DNA of 64,000 nt from Caldicoprobacterales bacterium (lineage in GTDB: Bacteria > Bacillota > Clostridia > Caldicoprobacterales > UBA3941), in NCBI GenBank assembly GCA_050949255.1, contig JBMNFJ010000016.1, positions 787,809 to 851,808 on the forward strand, written 5' to 3'. Position numbers and translations under genes: made by a program. This document shows positions 35,372 to 45,849 of the stretch, in pieces. The notes below the pieces were generated by a model that was given only the letters and a program-made list of their open reading frames with translations, had not been told where the DNA came from and did not search any database. Numbering within the stretch: the stretch's first letter is position 1; the number at the start of each line of letters is the position of its first letter.

Positions 35372-36094
35372 CTATGCACCTCCTTTGATAATAATCTCTC
35401 CAAATTGCTTATTCTGGTATATAGATATCTGATTATCCTTAAGCATTTCCAACAAGGCCAAGAAGGTTATGATAATATTGGATCGATCATATTTATCCCT
35501 AAATAGTTCTGTAAATCTACATTCGGAAGTAATAGAAAACAATTTTCTTAACTCTCTTATACGTTGTTGGATTGTAACAGCCTGTCTGCGTATGGGATAT
35601 ACCCTCTCTCTAAAAATTGTAGACCTTTCATTCTTCAATAATCTAATGAGTACCCTTATTAGATCATGGGGATTTCCATCTACCAGGATTTTATTTTTCT
35701 TTTCATTTTCATCGATCAATTCGTCGGGTAATTTATGGTATATGTTGGAGTACCTTTCCTCCCTTTCCCTCAATTTCTGACTTATCTCCTTATACTTTTT
35801 GTATTCTTCCAATCTTTTACGAAGCTCCTGTTCAGGGTCTTCGTCATCCTCACCCAAATCGTCAGGGCCGGGTAATAATGCCCTGGACTTAATTAAAAGT
35901 AGGGTGGACGCCATAACCAGAAATTCGCTTGCAATCTCGACATCAAAATCTCTCATCCTGTCCAAGTAATCTAAGTATTGTTCAGTGATTGTGGCCATTG
36001 AAATATCTGCAATTTCAATCTTGGATTTTTGGACTAGATGTAATAATAGGTCTAGCGGTCCTTCAAATAGATCAAGCTTAACACAGTATTCCAT
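35372..36094 (-). CDS. scpA: segregation and condensation protein A
   Basis: 240 aa. Contains FEGPLDLLLHLVQKSKIEIADISMATITEQY. Confidence 0.92.
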   Translation of the reverse strand: MEYCVKLDLFEGPLDLLLHLVQKSKIEIADISMATITEQYLDYLDRMRDFDVEIASEFLVMASTLLLIKSRALLPGPDDLGEDDEDPEQELRKRLEEYKKYKEISQKLREREERYSNIYHKLPDELIDENEKKNKILVDGNPHDLIRVLIRLLKNERSTIFRERVYPIRRQAVTIQQRIRELRKLFSITSECRFTELFRDKYDRSNIIITFLALLEMLKDNQISIYQNKQFGEIIIKGGA

Positions 36095-36117
36095 AAAAAC
36101 CTCCTAGCGTAAGATCC

Positions 36118-36783
36118 TCAAAAGAAAAACCCAATGATTTTAGATGTTGAACTGCTAAGAAATCTATAGACATAATGGGAGGGTGCACTAATTATATAGT
36201 CGAAGATATTTAACATAATCATCATAAAGAGGATTAAAAGACTATACCTTTCCAGTATCCAAAAAAACTTAATATTGCCTTTGAAAAATAGTGTTTTGAT
36301 TACTTTGTAACCATCAAATGGAGGTACTGGGATCATATTGAGAAATGTAAAAACTACATTTAAAAAGGCTATCCTTTCCATTATTCTTATTAGAATAACA
36401 AAAGCCGTACTAGAGGCATAGTTAGTATAGAATTGGGGGAGAAGCCTAAATAACTGTATAAGGAGAATAGCAATAAATGCTAATATTAAATTGGATATGG
36501 GACCTGCCAATGATACAAGAATATCACCCCACTTGCGATTTTTAAAGTTGGATGGATTAACCTGCACCGGTCTAGCCCAACCAAATCCAAAAATTAAAAA
36601 CATTATCAGGCCTATCCAGTCCACATGTGCCAAAGGGTCCAGTGTCAGCCGTCCCTGAAATCTTGGTGTATGATCTCCCATGCGATATGCAGTAAAGGCA
36701 TGGGCAAACTCATGAACTGAAAAGGCCAAAAAAACCGCTGGAAGACTATATAAAATATTTATCAGGTCCAATCTACCAAACAA
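36118..36783 (-). CDS. site-2 protease (peptidase M50) family membrane metalloprotease
   Basis: 221 aa, polytopic. Has the HEFAH zinc motif and a later NMIPVPPFDG motif. Confidence 0.78.
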   Translation of the reverse strand: MFGRLDLINILYSLPAVFLAFSVHEFAHAFTAYRMGDHTPRFQGRLTLDPLAHVDWIGLIMFLIFGFGWARPVQVNPSNFKNRKWGDILVSLAGPISNLILAFIAILLIQLFRLLPQFYTNYASSTAFVILIRIMERIAFLNVVFTFLNMIPVPPFDGYKVIKTLFFKGNIKFFWILERYSLLILFMMIMLNIFDYIISAPSHYVYRFLSSSTSKIIGFFF

Positions 36784-36855
36784 AGAGTATCCCCCATTTC
36801 AACACTGACCTAGAAATTCATAACTTAGGTATTATTGTTTTTCCTATTATAACAT

Positions 36856-36883
36856 AAAAAAGTGTGCCTAGGCACACTTTTTG
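36856..36883 (-). terminator. rho-independent terminator after the carboxypeptidase gene
   Basis: AAGTGTGCCTAGGCACACTT flanked by A and T runs. Confidence 0.75.
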
Positions 36884-36899
36884 AATCTAATCAGACTAG

Positions 36900-38093
36900 C
36901 TACTTATCATCTGTTTTATCCATTTTATTAACTGAGGCAGAGGACCAATTCATAATGATCTGTACGAAATAATCGTAAATGTTGGCTACTTCTATATCCC
37001 TATCCGCAAGGATGTCTACTGAATCAATTTCTTTACCGTCCCTTTTGACTAAGACAGAACCTATTATATCACCCTTTTTGATAGGCGCTTTTATGGGTTC
37101 TTCTATAAGGTCCACTAGTTCATAGTCGTCTGATTCCCCTTTTTTCTGTAGCATGGACAGATCATCCGAGGCTAGGCCTGACAACGCCTTTTCTTTGCCA
37201 CCAATAATGTTTATTTGCTTTTTAACTAATGCACCCTTCTTTAGGATTGGTATGGCCTCGTAGTTGGCAAATCCATAATCCATAAGTTTAGATGCCTCAT
37301 TAAATCTAGTCTTTGATGTAGGGGCTGCTAGTACGATGGATATTAACCGCAAATTGCCCCTTTTAGCGGTTGCTGATAGACAATACTTTGCCTTGCTCGT
37401 GGAACCTGTCTTTATTCCGTCACATCCGTCATAGAAACGAACCAATCGATTGGTGTTGGTAAGTTCTGTGTTATTTTTCGCCTCCTTTAAATTGTCCAAC
37501 CAAATAGTGCTCCACTTAAAGAATATAGGATGTTTAAGTAGTTCCCTGGACATTATTGATATGTCATAAGCTGTAGAATAGTTGCCCTCATCTGACAATC
37601 CTGTGCAATCTGAGAAGCTGGTATTATTCATCCCTAATTCTTTTGCTCTTTCATTCATTCTACTTACAAAGGCTTCTTCTGTACCAGAAATTTTCTCTGC
37701 TATAGCAACACTGGCATCATTGCCTGATGACACAATTATCGCCTTTAATATAGCAGAGACAGGCAACTTCTCCCCGCGGTCTAAGAATACCTGGGATCCA
37801 CCCATACTTGCCGCATATTCACTAACCGTTACTTCATCATCCAGTCCTATCCTACCATCCTCTATTGCCTCTAATGCCAGGAGAGTGGTCATGACTTTAG
37901 TGATACTGGCAATGGGCAGCTTCTCATGGGGATTTTTCTCGTATAAAATTGTCCCAGTATCATAATCCATCAATAAAGCTGAAGGAGATTCTAACTCGAA
38001 AGGCAAGCCCTGGGAAAAGATATTTAGCGGAAAAAACCATAGTATAAAAAAGCAAAGTAAAAATGCTACTACTTTGATTGACATACTTTTCAA
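36900..38093 (-). CDS. D-alanyl-D-alanine carboxypeptidase (PBP5 class, DacB/DacF-like)
   Basis: 397 aa. Signal peptide, active-site motifs SITK, SGN and KTG, and a C-terminal PBP5_C domain. Confidence 0.88.
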   Translation of the reverse strand: MKSMSIKVVAFLLCFFILWFFPLNIFSQGLPFELESPSALLMDYDTGTILYEKNPHEKLPIASITKVMTTLLALEAIEDGRIGLDDEVTVSEYAASMGGSQVFLDRGEKLPVSAILKAIIVSSGNDASVAIAEKISGTEEAFVSRMNERAKELGMNNTSFSDCTGLSDEGNYSTAYDISIMSRELLKHPIFFKWSTIWLDNLKEAKNNTELTNTNRLVRFYDGCDGIKTGSTSKAKYCLSATAKRGNLRLISIVLAAPTSKTRFNEASKLMDYGFANYEAIPILKKGALVKKQINIIGGKEKALSGLASDDLSMLQKKGESDDYELVDLIEEPIKAPIKKGDIIGSVLVKRDGKEIDSVDILADRDIEVANIYDYFVQIIMNWSSASVNKMDKTDDK

Positions 38094-38268
38094 CCTGATC
38101 CCTCCTAAATATGTATAAAGAAAATCTCATCCAAGTAATAATAGATTTTCCATTTAGTTTGGTTGTTATTCAGTGTATATCGTTCAGCTCAATGTAGTAA
38201 CATCTTGCTTCTAATTAGCCAATATGTCTATGTAGTATCCGCAATCATACGGGTAAACTATCTTTATT

Positions 38269-39117
38269 CTACATGTTATCCCTTAGTTGGGCATACATTT
38301 GTGTGGTAGACAAATCCGAATGCCCCAGGATTTCTTGAAGGGCCTGGATATCAGTACCTTTGTCTAATAGATGAATAGCAAAGGAATGTCTAAGTGTATG
38401 CGGAGTGATATCCTTATTGATTTTAGCTTTTTGAGTGTAATACTTTACAATTTTCCAAAACCCCTGTCGGGTCATTCTCCTACCATGAAAATTCACAAAT
38501 AGTGCCTTTTCATGGTTATCACGGACGAGTTTAACCCGACTGTATCTTAAATAGTTTTCTAGATAGGAAATAGCCCTATCTTCCACCTTGGTGGTTCTTT
38601 CCTTGCCAGAACTACGACATACTATAGTCGCATTGTTAATATCTAAATCTACTAAATTTAGACCAATGAGCTCTGACACCCTAATGCCTGAACCATAAAG
38701 AAGCTCCAACATTGCTTTGTCTCTAATTGACTTAGGATCCTTACCCGATGGTTGGTCCATTAATTTACTAATCTCCGAGGGCGTGAGTATGCTAGGAAGT
38801 TTACGCTTACTTTTAGGTGCTTCCAAATTCTCTGTAGGATCTAAAGAGATTTCGTCTATGCTGACTAAAAACTTATAAAAACTCCTTATAGATGATAGCT
38901 TCCTTAAAATAGTCGATGAAGATATTCCCTCATCTTGTAGGGCTTTGATATAAGCTTGTACTATGGATTGATCTGTGGCATTAATACCATTAACTCCAGT
39001 GTTGAGGACATAGGCTCTATATTGCATGATATCTCTCATATAGCACTCTAGCGTATTCAGTGACACAGATTTTTCATACATCAAATGGGATTTGTATTGC
39101 TCTAAAATATCCTTCAT
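38269..39117 (-). CDS. xerD: site-specific tyrosine recombinase XerD/RipX type
   Basis: 282 aa. Phage-integrase SAM-like N-terminus, R...HTLRHSFA...LGHSDLSTTQMY catalytic residues. Confidence 0.85.
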   Translation of the reverse strand: MKDILEQYKSHLMYEKSVSLNTLECYMRDIMQYRAYVLNTGVNGINATDQSIVQAYIKALQDEGISSSTILRKLSSIRSFYKFLVSIDEISLDPTENLEAPKSKRKLPSILTPSEISKLMDQPSGKDPKSIRDKAMLELLYGSGIRVSELIGLNLVDLDINNATIVCRSSGKERTTKVEDRAISYLENYLRYSRVKLVRDNHEKALFVNFHGRRMTRQGFWKIVKYYTQKAKINKDITPHTLRHSFAIHLLDKGTDIQALQEILGHSDLSTTQMYAQLRDNM

Positions 39118-39250
39118 AAACCTAAACTCCCCAATACTATGTAATATATAGCCTGGAACAGCATGTATAACTTATTCAACAAAAATTACTAAATTCCTCC
39201 TTTATTCCGATACAAATTGTATATCCCGTAGAGTTTTATGAAGAATAAAA

Positions 39251-39886
39251 CTAATTAAAGATCCAAACAAACAAGGGGAAAAGTAACGGTGAGATAAAGG
39301 TTTCAATAAGGACTCCGATCAATAGAATAAAAAAGACCAGGCTTAACTTTGTAGTATAGATACCCGGATTGTTACGTCCTTGCGCTCTAAAATAAGTAAA
39401 CCCTCCCCTCCCTAACCCGGCAGTCGAGTATAATAAAGCAATGATAACCATGGCTATATAGCATGGAACATATATGATTGATTGTGGAAGAATGCATAAT
39501 AATGAAAACAATACACCACCAAACTTATAGTGCTCAACCATAAATCCAATAGTAAAACCAAAATAAAATCCCCTTATACCAATAAGCGCCAATATGAAGG
39601 GACTACCCCATATAAAGAAGCCAAAAATCCAAATAAAAAATGCAGTAGTAAAATGCTGCCATAATGAATGTCTAAAAATAGCCCAATGGTTTATAGGTAG
39701 ATTTTGTTGACTATGAAAAAATTCTTGGAGGAATTTGCTTAGATAGTTTTTTTGTTGGGAAGGTAATGAAATTACGGTAAAGGCACCAGCCATAATTCCA
39801 GTAATTAGAATAAATATCGTCAATAGGTAGGCTATGGAATTTTTTTTTACATGTAAAACCCATGTCCTCTTTAATTCATCAAACAA
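39251..39886 (-). CDS. spoIIM: stage II sporulation protein M
   Basis: 211 aa, five or so TM segments. TTG start after AGGGGGA. Preceded by a sigma-E type promoter. Neighbour of xerD as in Bacillus. Confidence 0.8.
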   Translation of the reverse strand: MFDELKRTWVLHVKKNSIAYLLTIFILITGIMAGAFTVISLPSQQKNYLSKFLQEFFHSQQNLPINHWAIFRHSLWQHFTTAFFIWIFGFFIWGSPFILALIGIRGFYFGFTIGFMVEHYKFGGVLFSLLCILPQSIIYVPCYIAMVIIALLYSTAGLGRGGFTYFRAQGRNNPGIYTTKLSLVFFILLIGVLIETFISPLLFPLFVWIFN

Positions 39887-39943
39887 CAGCTGATTCCCCC
39901 TTTGACCGATATCCTCTTCCAGCGTGACGAATACTTATAATGA

Positions 39944-39972
39944 TAGGTATGCTTGTATAAAAAAGAATATGC
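39944..39972 (-). promoter_or_regulatory. sigma-E type promoter upstream of spoIIM
   Basis: Minus strand GCATATT-14 nt-CATACCTA, compared with the consensus (ZHATAxx-14-CATACAHT). B. subtilis spoIIM is sigma-E dependent. Confidence 0.6.
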
Positions 39973-40019
39973 CTTGGGGGGTTTCAAATGATGTATTGGA
40001 TATATTTATTGATTTTTGG

Positions 40020-41093
40020 CTAAAGCCTAGTTAAGCCGTATTCCACACTAGCACCTATCCCATAAAAAAATTCACTTTCTTCACCTAGGCTCCTGCCCAT
40101 GGTCGTGGGATTTAAACTATATTTTGATAAAGAACTGACTATTTTTTTACCACTTCTAATATGTACGGGATGCTTGGTCATGAGTCCCGATTGCTTTAAT
40201 TGTGTTATAACATATATGAGTTTTTGGATATCCATTATGGGAAGGATAATAGGGATGGAACCCTGAGTAACCTTTTGCAGGACATTTAAAAAATGGTGAC
40301 TAATACCCCGATGTCTGATACGTGTATCCCTGAAGGAAATTCTAGGGATATAAAGCGCATTTGCACCTTTAGCATGGCAGAAATCCAGATAGAATCCCAA
40401 TTCTAAACCGCTAAATCCAAATGGAGTACCTGTTCCCATAATTCCTGGGCCCATAGTGATTATGATTACATCCATATTAAGAATGTTTGCTACCAGTTGT
40501 AATGCAGTATAAATGTTTACACATTCATAATCCCCACCAAACGCGTTTCCAATGGTCACGGATTTATTCAATAGATTCTTATCCTTTAGGATCTCTATGT
40601 TTTTACTCATCCCTAGGGGTAGTGCACCATGATCAGATATGATGCAAGCAACCTTAATTCCTCCTCCGGTACAGTATTTTAAGTGCGCACACAAGGGTAC
40701 AAGCATGCTATGGAGCTCACCGACAAGTACGAGCTTTCCCTCTAGATTTAAATCTCGGTAGAAGAATCCATGAAGTTCACTTGTCTCCTCCTCAGCGAAT
40801 AGAACATTAATTTGGTTTGGTGTGTATTTTAACTTCATACCATGCCCTGGTCCAAGAAGTTCTTGATCGTCAGCACTAAAATTACCCATGATAAAATGAT
40901 AACCTCCTGTACCAAGGTTTAGAGTACAGGCTGTTGTGTTAACCAACACAACATCTCCTTCTTTTAACTCCCCCATCATTTGGATATAATTCATAGCCTT
41001 CTTACGAGGATGATCAATATCAAGAATTACTTCTTGTAACACCCTATTGCTTCTCTCTATCTTCTCCACAACCGCTTTTTTATATTCTATCAT
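40020..41093 (-). CDS. DUF3866-like protein (uncharacterised)
   Basis: 357 aa, soluble. Family name is from memory only. Last gene of the SteA-SteB-GT2-GT4 block. Confidence 0.4.
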   Translation of the reverse strand: MIEYKKAVVEKIERSNRVLQEVILDIDHPRKKAMNYIQMMGELKEGDVVLVNTTACTLNLGTGGYHFIMGNFSADDQELLGPGHGMKLKYTPNQINVLFAEEETSELHGFFYRDLNLEGKLVLVGELHSMLVPLCAHLKYCTGGGIKVACIISDHGALPLGMSKNIEILKDKNLLNKSVTIGNAFGGDYECVNIYTALQLVANILNMDVIIITMGPGIMGTGTPFGFSGLELGFYLDFCHAKGANALYIPRISFRDTRIRHRGISHHFLNVLQKVTQGSIPIILPIMDIQKLIYVITQLKQSGLMTKHPVHIRSGKKIVSSLSKYSLNPTTMGRSLGEESEFFYGIGASVEYGLTRL

Positions 41094-41100
41094 ATGAATA

Positions 41101-41931
41101 CTAAGATCCTCCTCTTTTTAATTGGCCAAAGTTGTCCACCTGTTTTAGTATAGAATTGGAATCAATAATCTCGGAAAAGGACCTAAATTCTGCTATAAAA
41201 TGCAGTATGAGCAGTATTCCAAATAGTCCATATTTAGTCCAAGGCCTTCCTTCAATAAGGGTATAAAAGCCGAGTGCCCCACCTAGTAGATTTGATCCCG
41301 TATCACCCAACATACACCTTTCTTCCATTTCATCCTTGATATAGATTGTTAATCCGCTAAATATGGGTAGAAGAATCCATAAACTTTGGAAATTTGAGAG
41401 TAGGGAGATTAACAGCGCAAGTATCGTAAATCCCTTAATTGCCCTGCCCGGACGTAAGTCAAGTAAGTTAATAAAGTTAACGCATAGACAAAATAATATG
41501 GTATGAAAAGCTATATCCAATATGTTTGTAAAATAAGTTTTTGATATTATGAACCCAATTATTAGACCCAATACTATTTTGATTATCCCTGTGGAAACAT
41601 ATCCCGACAAGAGACCATTAATATGGTTTTTAAAACCCTTTCTACTGCTATCTCCTAGGGAATCATCCAGGTATCCCATCAAGGTCATGGATAATAGCAC
41701 AGCTAAATAAATCATTAAGTTATCCTTCCCTACTTGATCCCAAAGTGGTAGTACAGATATTATACAGGGAATCAAAAATACAAGTCCTGCACCATATACC
41801 ACTTCTCTGCCATGATAGTTACTAGTCCTTAAGCCCTTAGTATATAATAGTAAAATGATTCGGGGTTTTAAATAGACCATTAGGAATATGGCTATAGGAA
41901 TGGTACTAAAATACAGATATTTGTCCATCAA
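41101..41931 (-). CDS. glycosyltransferase family 4 (MraY/WecA-like polyprenyl-phosphate sugar-1-phosphate transferase), short form
   Basis: 276 aa, about 8 TM segments. Has a GYLDD motif (Mg/polyprenyl-P binding DD) and LDLRPGR. Confidence 0.6.
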   Translation of the reverse strand: MMDKYLYFSTIPIAIFLMVYLKPRIILLLYTKGLRTSNYHGREVVYGAGLVFLIPCIISVLPLWDQVGKDNLMIYLAVLLSMTLMGYLDDSLGDSSRKGFKNHINGLLSGYVSTGIIKIVLGLIIGFIISKTYFTNILDIAFHTILFCLCVNFINLLDLRPGRAIKGFTILALLISLLSNFQSLWILLPIFSGLTIYIKDEMEERCMLGDTGSNLLGGALGFYTLIEGRPWTKYGLFGILLILHFIAEFRSFSEIIDSNSILKQVDNFGQLKRGGS

Positions 41932-42638
41932 TCTACCCTCTTAATATAATGCATCTTTATTTTCTTTTGCAAAATCACTTTTAGAATATCCAGAAACTGT
42001 ATACTCCGATGTTTGAATCCCTTTAAGTCTCGCCCTGTCACCCTATGGCATATATCTATTGGTATCTCCATAATTCGTACATCTTTTAAAGCCAGATCAA
42101 CTGTCATGCCAAATTCAATCCCATACCCTCTGTAGCTTAGCAGTTCATGGGCTAATACTTCCCTTTTGAAAGCTCTTTGACCGGAAAGTACACTACAGCA
42201 TTCTTTACCTGTCAAGGATTTAAAGCCTACCCGTGATAGTCCTTTAACAAATCCAAATCCTCCCTTGCCAGGTGTAAAATCAATCTTTCCTATGGTTACC
42301 TCGGCCTCATCTCTCAATATAGGATAGATAAGCTTTGTTGCTTCTGTTGCAGTATCCCCGATGTCTGCATCCAGGAATACGATGATTCTATTGTTTAAAT
42401 GTTTCACTCCCATCTGCAACGCATTGCCTTTTCCTTGATTTTTATCCAGAGATAAAAGGTTAACCCCCTCCTTTACTGCAATATCTCCTGTTTCATCCCA
42501 TGAGCCATCGTCTACAACAAGAATATCTTTTATAATAGGCACTTTTTTAAGGGCCCTTAAGGTAATAGCTAAATTGGCAGCTTCATTATAAGCAGGAATA
42601 ATAACACCAATATCTTGAGGTAGCATACCCATTGTCAA
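41928..42638 (-). CDS. glycosyltransferase family 2 (GT-A fold)
   Basis: 236 aa. Contains VIIPAYNEA, VVDDGSWDET, NQGKGNAL and FLDAD (DxD). Overlaps the GT4 gene by 4 nt. Confidence 0.82.
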   Translation of the reverse strand: MTMGMLPQDIGVIIPAYNEAANLAITLRALKKVPIIKDILVVDDGSWDETGDIAVKEGVNLLSLDKNQGKGNALQMGVKHLNNRIIVFLDADIGDTATEATKLIYPILRDEAEVTIGKIDFTPGKGGFGFVKGLSRVGFKSLTGKECCSVLSGQRAFKREVLAHELLSYRGYGIEFGMTVDLALKDVRIMEIPIDICHRVTGRDLKGFKHRSIQFLDILKVILQKKIKMHYIKRVD

Positions 42639-42692
42639 ATCAGTCCTTTTTCCCTAGTGTATTGTTTACTTGTTATACCAAGTAATATACTA

Positions 42693-43643
42693 CTAATTCT
42701 GTCTAACTTCTTTTTCAAAAATGTCTAAATCATCTGTTTCTATAGAATCTCTATCCAAAGATTGATCTTCGGGATTTTGGGGAAATAGTTCATTGGGTAA
42801 AATACCGTCTGTGCCTTCTGCATATCCATAATTTCCCTTGTCTCCATAGAGTAAAGAAATTAACGAGATCTTTCCATAGAGCGTATTAACATGATCTATG
42901 GTTGAAATCCCGTTTTTCTTACACCAGACCGCATCAATTAAATTACTTTCTTTTTTTTCTATTGCAATTATATTAAAATTGTAATCCTTTGATACCCTTA
43001 CCAGGTTATGTACGAATTTATCTATACCCCGCTTTGCGTTGCCAATACTGCTATAAGCTAAAACAATTGTATTACAGCCATTTTGTATTTTAGCAGATCC
43101 ATGGGTTAAGCTTAGTCGTTGTATAAGGGGTGTTAATTCTCCTCTTGTAAGACTAATCATGATGTTTTCCGCTAATTGTACGTATAATTGACCTTTATCT
43201 AATATTGTTTGAGATGAAACATTGATAGTATTATCCAATTCATATTCTTCCCTAAACAAACTGGCATCAAAGGCAAGACTAGGTCCGATTGATGCACCTG
43301 CTACTTTTAGAAGATCAATTATATCTGAATAATCATCCTCACTACCCATTTCTATTAGCGTTATTCTTGAACCATTCAGCTTATTTCTTATAATGGAATT
43401 GAACACTGATTCATATAGGGCGGCATTTTCCTTTTCCAGTTTTTCAAGAGTTTTCAATGTATCCTTGAGTTGCTGGTTCTCATTACGCATATTTAGGAAT
43501 TCATCTTCCAGTCGCTGCGATATCATATCGTATTGTTTTTCCAGTACATTTTTGTTCTGTAATGATATTCCTATAACCATACCCAGCCCTAAGGAAAGAA
43601 ACATACAGATCAGTAATATGAGATAATATTTAATATTTACCAT
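42693..43643 (-). CDS. MctB/SteB-like (so-called copper transporter family) membrane-anchored coiled-coil protein
   Basis: Start at the ATG at 43643. N-terminal TM helix, then a coiled coil (QQLKDTLKTLEKLEKENAALYE), then a globular C-terminal domain. Immediately downstream of steA, as in Actinobacteria. Confidence 0.5.
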   Translation of the reverse strand: MVNIKYYLILLICMFLSLGLGMVIGISLQNKNVLEKQYDMISQRLEDEFLNMRNENQQLKDTLKTLEKLEKENAALYESVFNSIIRNKLNGSRITLIEMGSEDDYSDIIDLLKVAGASIGPSLAFDASLFREEYELDNTINVSSQTILDKGQLYVQLAENIMISLTRGELTPLIQRLSLTHGSAKIQNGCNTIVLAYSSIGNAKRGIDKFVHNLVRVSKDYNFNIIAIEKKESNLIDAVWCKKNGISTIDHVNTLYGKISLISLLYGDKGNYGYAEGTDGILPNELFPQNPEDQSLDRDSIETDDLDIFEKEVRQN

Positions 43644-43675
43644 TAAGAACACCCTCTACAATACCATTTCAGTGC

Positions 43676-44797
43676 TCATAATCCCAAAAGTATTCTTAAA
43701 CGCAAAGATATTAATTTATATATTTCCTTGATTAAAGGAGAATTTTTGGCTACTACTGTTAAAGGAAACAGAGCTGCAGCAAATACAGCAGCAATGTACC
43801 CTGGTTTTATACGATTCTTATAAAGCTCACTGACACCCTTTGCATCGACGACTTTATGGCCAACCTTCATCTGAATCAGCATTGTGCTGGCCATTCCTGG
43901 TCTTCCCTTTTCAAGAAAGTCTATCATATTGGTGTGACTACCAACGGTAACTATGAGTTCAGCATTTTGCTCATATGCTAAGACCAGAGCAGCATCCTCA
44001 CTGGTACCGATGAAGGGGAATTTAACTGCTTTCAGCCCTAGAGATTCTATCCTCTTCATCCCCGGGCAATTTCCATTGGGATAAGCATGAACTATAATCT
44101 CTTTACAGTTCATTAGGCTAATATCGCTAACACTATCCATATCCCCAATAATTATGTCCGGTCGATAACCAAAATCCAACAAGGCGTTTGCCCCTCCATC
44201 AACCCCTATCATTATAGGATTAACCTCATCAATGTAAGTACGGATTGCCCTTAGGTCCTCCCGATAACCCTCACCCCTTATCACCACAAGGACATGGCGA
44301 CCTTTCATATTGATAGACGATTTTGGCAATTTTACCGGGCTGATAATTAGTTCCTTTTCCTTTTTGGCATAATCCAAAGTGTTCTCTATAAAGCTATCCA
44401 GTATATTCCAAAGGTTAGATGCAGCTTTATCCATCTTCGATTCTATATCATCTTTAGTTAAGTATGTTATCTCACATAAAGATTTACCGTTAACAGACAA
44501 GTACTTATCATTGATTTCCAAAGAATCGTAATTTGAAATTTTATCAAATATATCCTGGCCTACATTGTCGATTATGGGAACACCTGCATTGGATAATATT
44601 CTTGGCCCCCTATTGGGATATTTACCACTAATGGATGTGGTCGCGTTAATAACAGCCTTTATTTTTTTGTCAACCAATTGTCTTGCTGCAACCCCATCAA
44701 TATCCTTGTGATTTATAACAGCAATATCATTGGAAGTTAAATGGGTGATTAGGGCTTTGGTTTTGATATTTTTTTTCGCAGTTCCTCTTATAAGCAT
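43676..44797 (-). CDS. steA: SteA-like putative cytokinetic ring protein (thiamine pyrophosphokinase-like domain plus C-terminal TM)
   Basis: 373 aa. Has a GDMDS motif (TPK catalytic-domain like) and a C-terminal hydrophobic helix GYIAAVFAAALFPLTVVA. Confidence 0.6.
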   Translation of the reverse strand: MLIRGTAKKNIKTKALITHLTSNDIAVINHKDIDGVAARQLVDKKIKAVINATTSISGKYPNRGPRILSNAGVPIIDNVGQDIFDKISNYDSLEINDKYLSVNGKSLCEITYLTKDDIESKMDKAASNLWNILDSFIENTLDYAKKEKELIISPVKLPKSSINMKGRHVLVVIRGEGYREDLRAIRTYIDEVNPIMIGVDGGANALLDFGYRPDIIIGDMDSVSDISLMNCKEIIVHAYPNGNCPGMKRIESLGLKAVKFPFIGTSEDAALVLAYEQNAELIVTVGSHTNMIDFLEKGRPGMASTMLIQMKVGHKVVDAKGVSELYKNRIKPGYIAAVFAAALFPLTVVAKNSPLIKEIYKLISLRLRILLGL

Positions 44798-44857
44798 CCC
44801 TACACCTCTTTAATGTCGCCTATTATCTATCATTTACAAATAACTTCTAAATATGCA

Positions 44858-44888
44858 TAAAAAAATCAGCCCCTTATTTCGGGGCTGA
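44858..44888 (-). terminator. rho-independent terminator after spo0A
   Basis: Minus strand TCAGCCCCGAAATAAGGGGCTGA followed by TTTTTTT. Confidence 0.8.
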
Positions 44889-44919
44889 CCCTTGACAAGA
44901 ATTTTCCATAATTCTATTG

Positions 44920-45747
44920 CTATTCAGCTAAATGTTTCGATTGCATTCTCAATTTGTCTGCAACCATTGCTATAAATTCACCGTTTGTTGGTTTGCCTTT
45001 TTCATCATGGATTGTGTATCCAAAGTATTTATTAATGGTTTCGATACGGCCACGACTCCACGCTACCTCTATGGCATGTCGAATTGCCCTTTCTACCCTA
45101 CTGGGGGTAGTGTTGAATCTCTCAGCTATTCCTGGGTACAGTTCTTTAGTTATACCGCTTAAGAGATCCACATTATTAACGACCATCATTATTGCCTCTC
45201 TTAAATATTGGTATCCTTTTATATGAGCGGGTACCCCTATACCATGGATAATATTAGCTATCTCTGCTTCAAGAGAAACATTCCTATTTGTCGCAGAAGA
45301 TTTTGAGTACGGAAGTTTGGTATTGTTTATTACCATACTGGTGCTTCTACTAGTATAACTGCTATCCAAATCGTTGGTTAACTCCCTTATCCGTCTTATA
45401 AGCAACCCTAAATCAAAGGGCTTTACAATATAATAGTCAGCACCTAACATAATCGCCCGTTGGGTAACCTTGTCCTGGCCTACAGCCGAAAGTATAATTA
45501 TTTTCGGATAGGTTTCAAGATTTTCTTCATTTAATCTCTCCAAAACACCTAGTCCATCCAGGTGTGGCATAATTATATCCAATACTACTACATCCGGCCC
45601 CAGTTTAAATATCATATCAACGGCTTCTATTCCGTCATGAGCCACACCTACTACCTCTATATCCTCCTGCTTTCGTAAAAATTCATTGATAATTGCACAA
45701 AAATCCTTGTTATCATCGGCGATCAACACTGAGATTTTTTCAGCCAT
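44920..45747 (-). CDS. spo0A: sporulation master regulator Spo0A
   Basis: Start at [13 protein letters not shown] (ATG at 45747, SD GGGGGG). REC domain with [14 protein letters not shown]. The C-terminal Spo0A_C region contains [12 protein letters not shown] and [17 protein letters not shown]. Confidence 0.95.
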   Translation of the reverse strand: MAEKISVLIADDNKDFCAIINEFLRKQEDIEVVGVAHDGIEAVDMIFKLGPDVVVLDIIMPHLDGLGVLERLNEENLETYPKIIILSAVGQDKVTQRAIMLGADYYIVKPFDLGLLIRRIRELTNDLDSSYTSRSTSMVINNTKLPYSKSSATNRNVSLEAEIANIIHGIGVPAHIKGYQYLREAIMMVVNNVDLLSGITKELYPGIAERFNTTPSRVERAIRHAIEVAWSRGRIETINKYFGYTIHDEKGKPTNGEFIAMVADKLRMQSKHLAE

Positions 45748-45849
45748 ACAGCAACCCCCCAAATATTACTTATATCCCTTTATATACTCATGCAAAAGAA
45801 TTATTTGACTTTATGCACCAAGATGTCCATTCTATTTTCTTTAGTAAAC

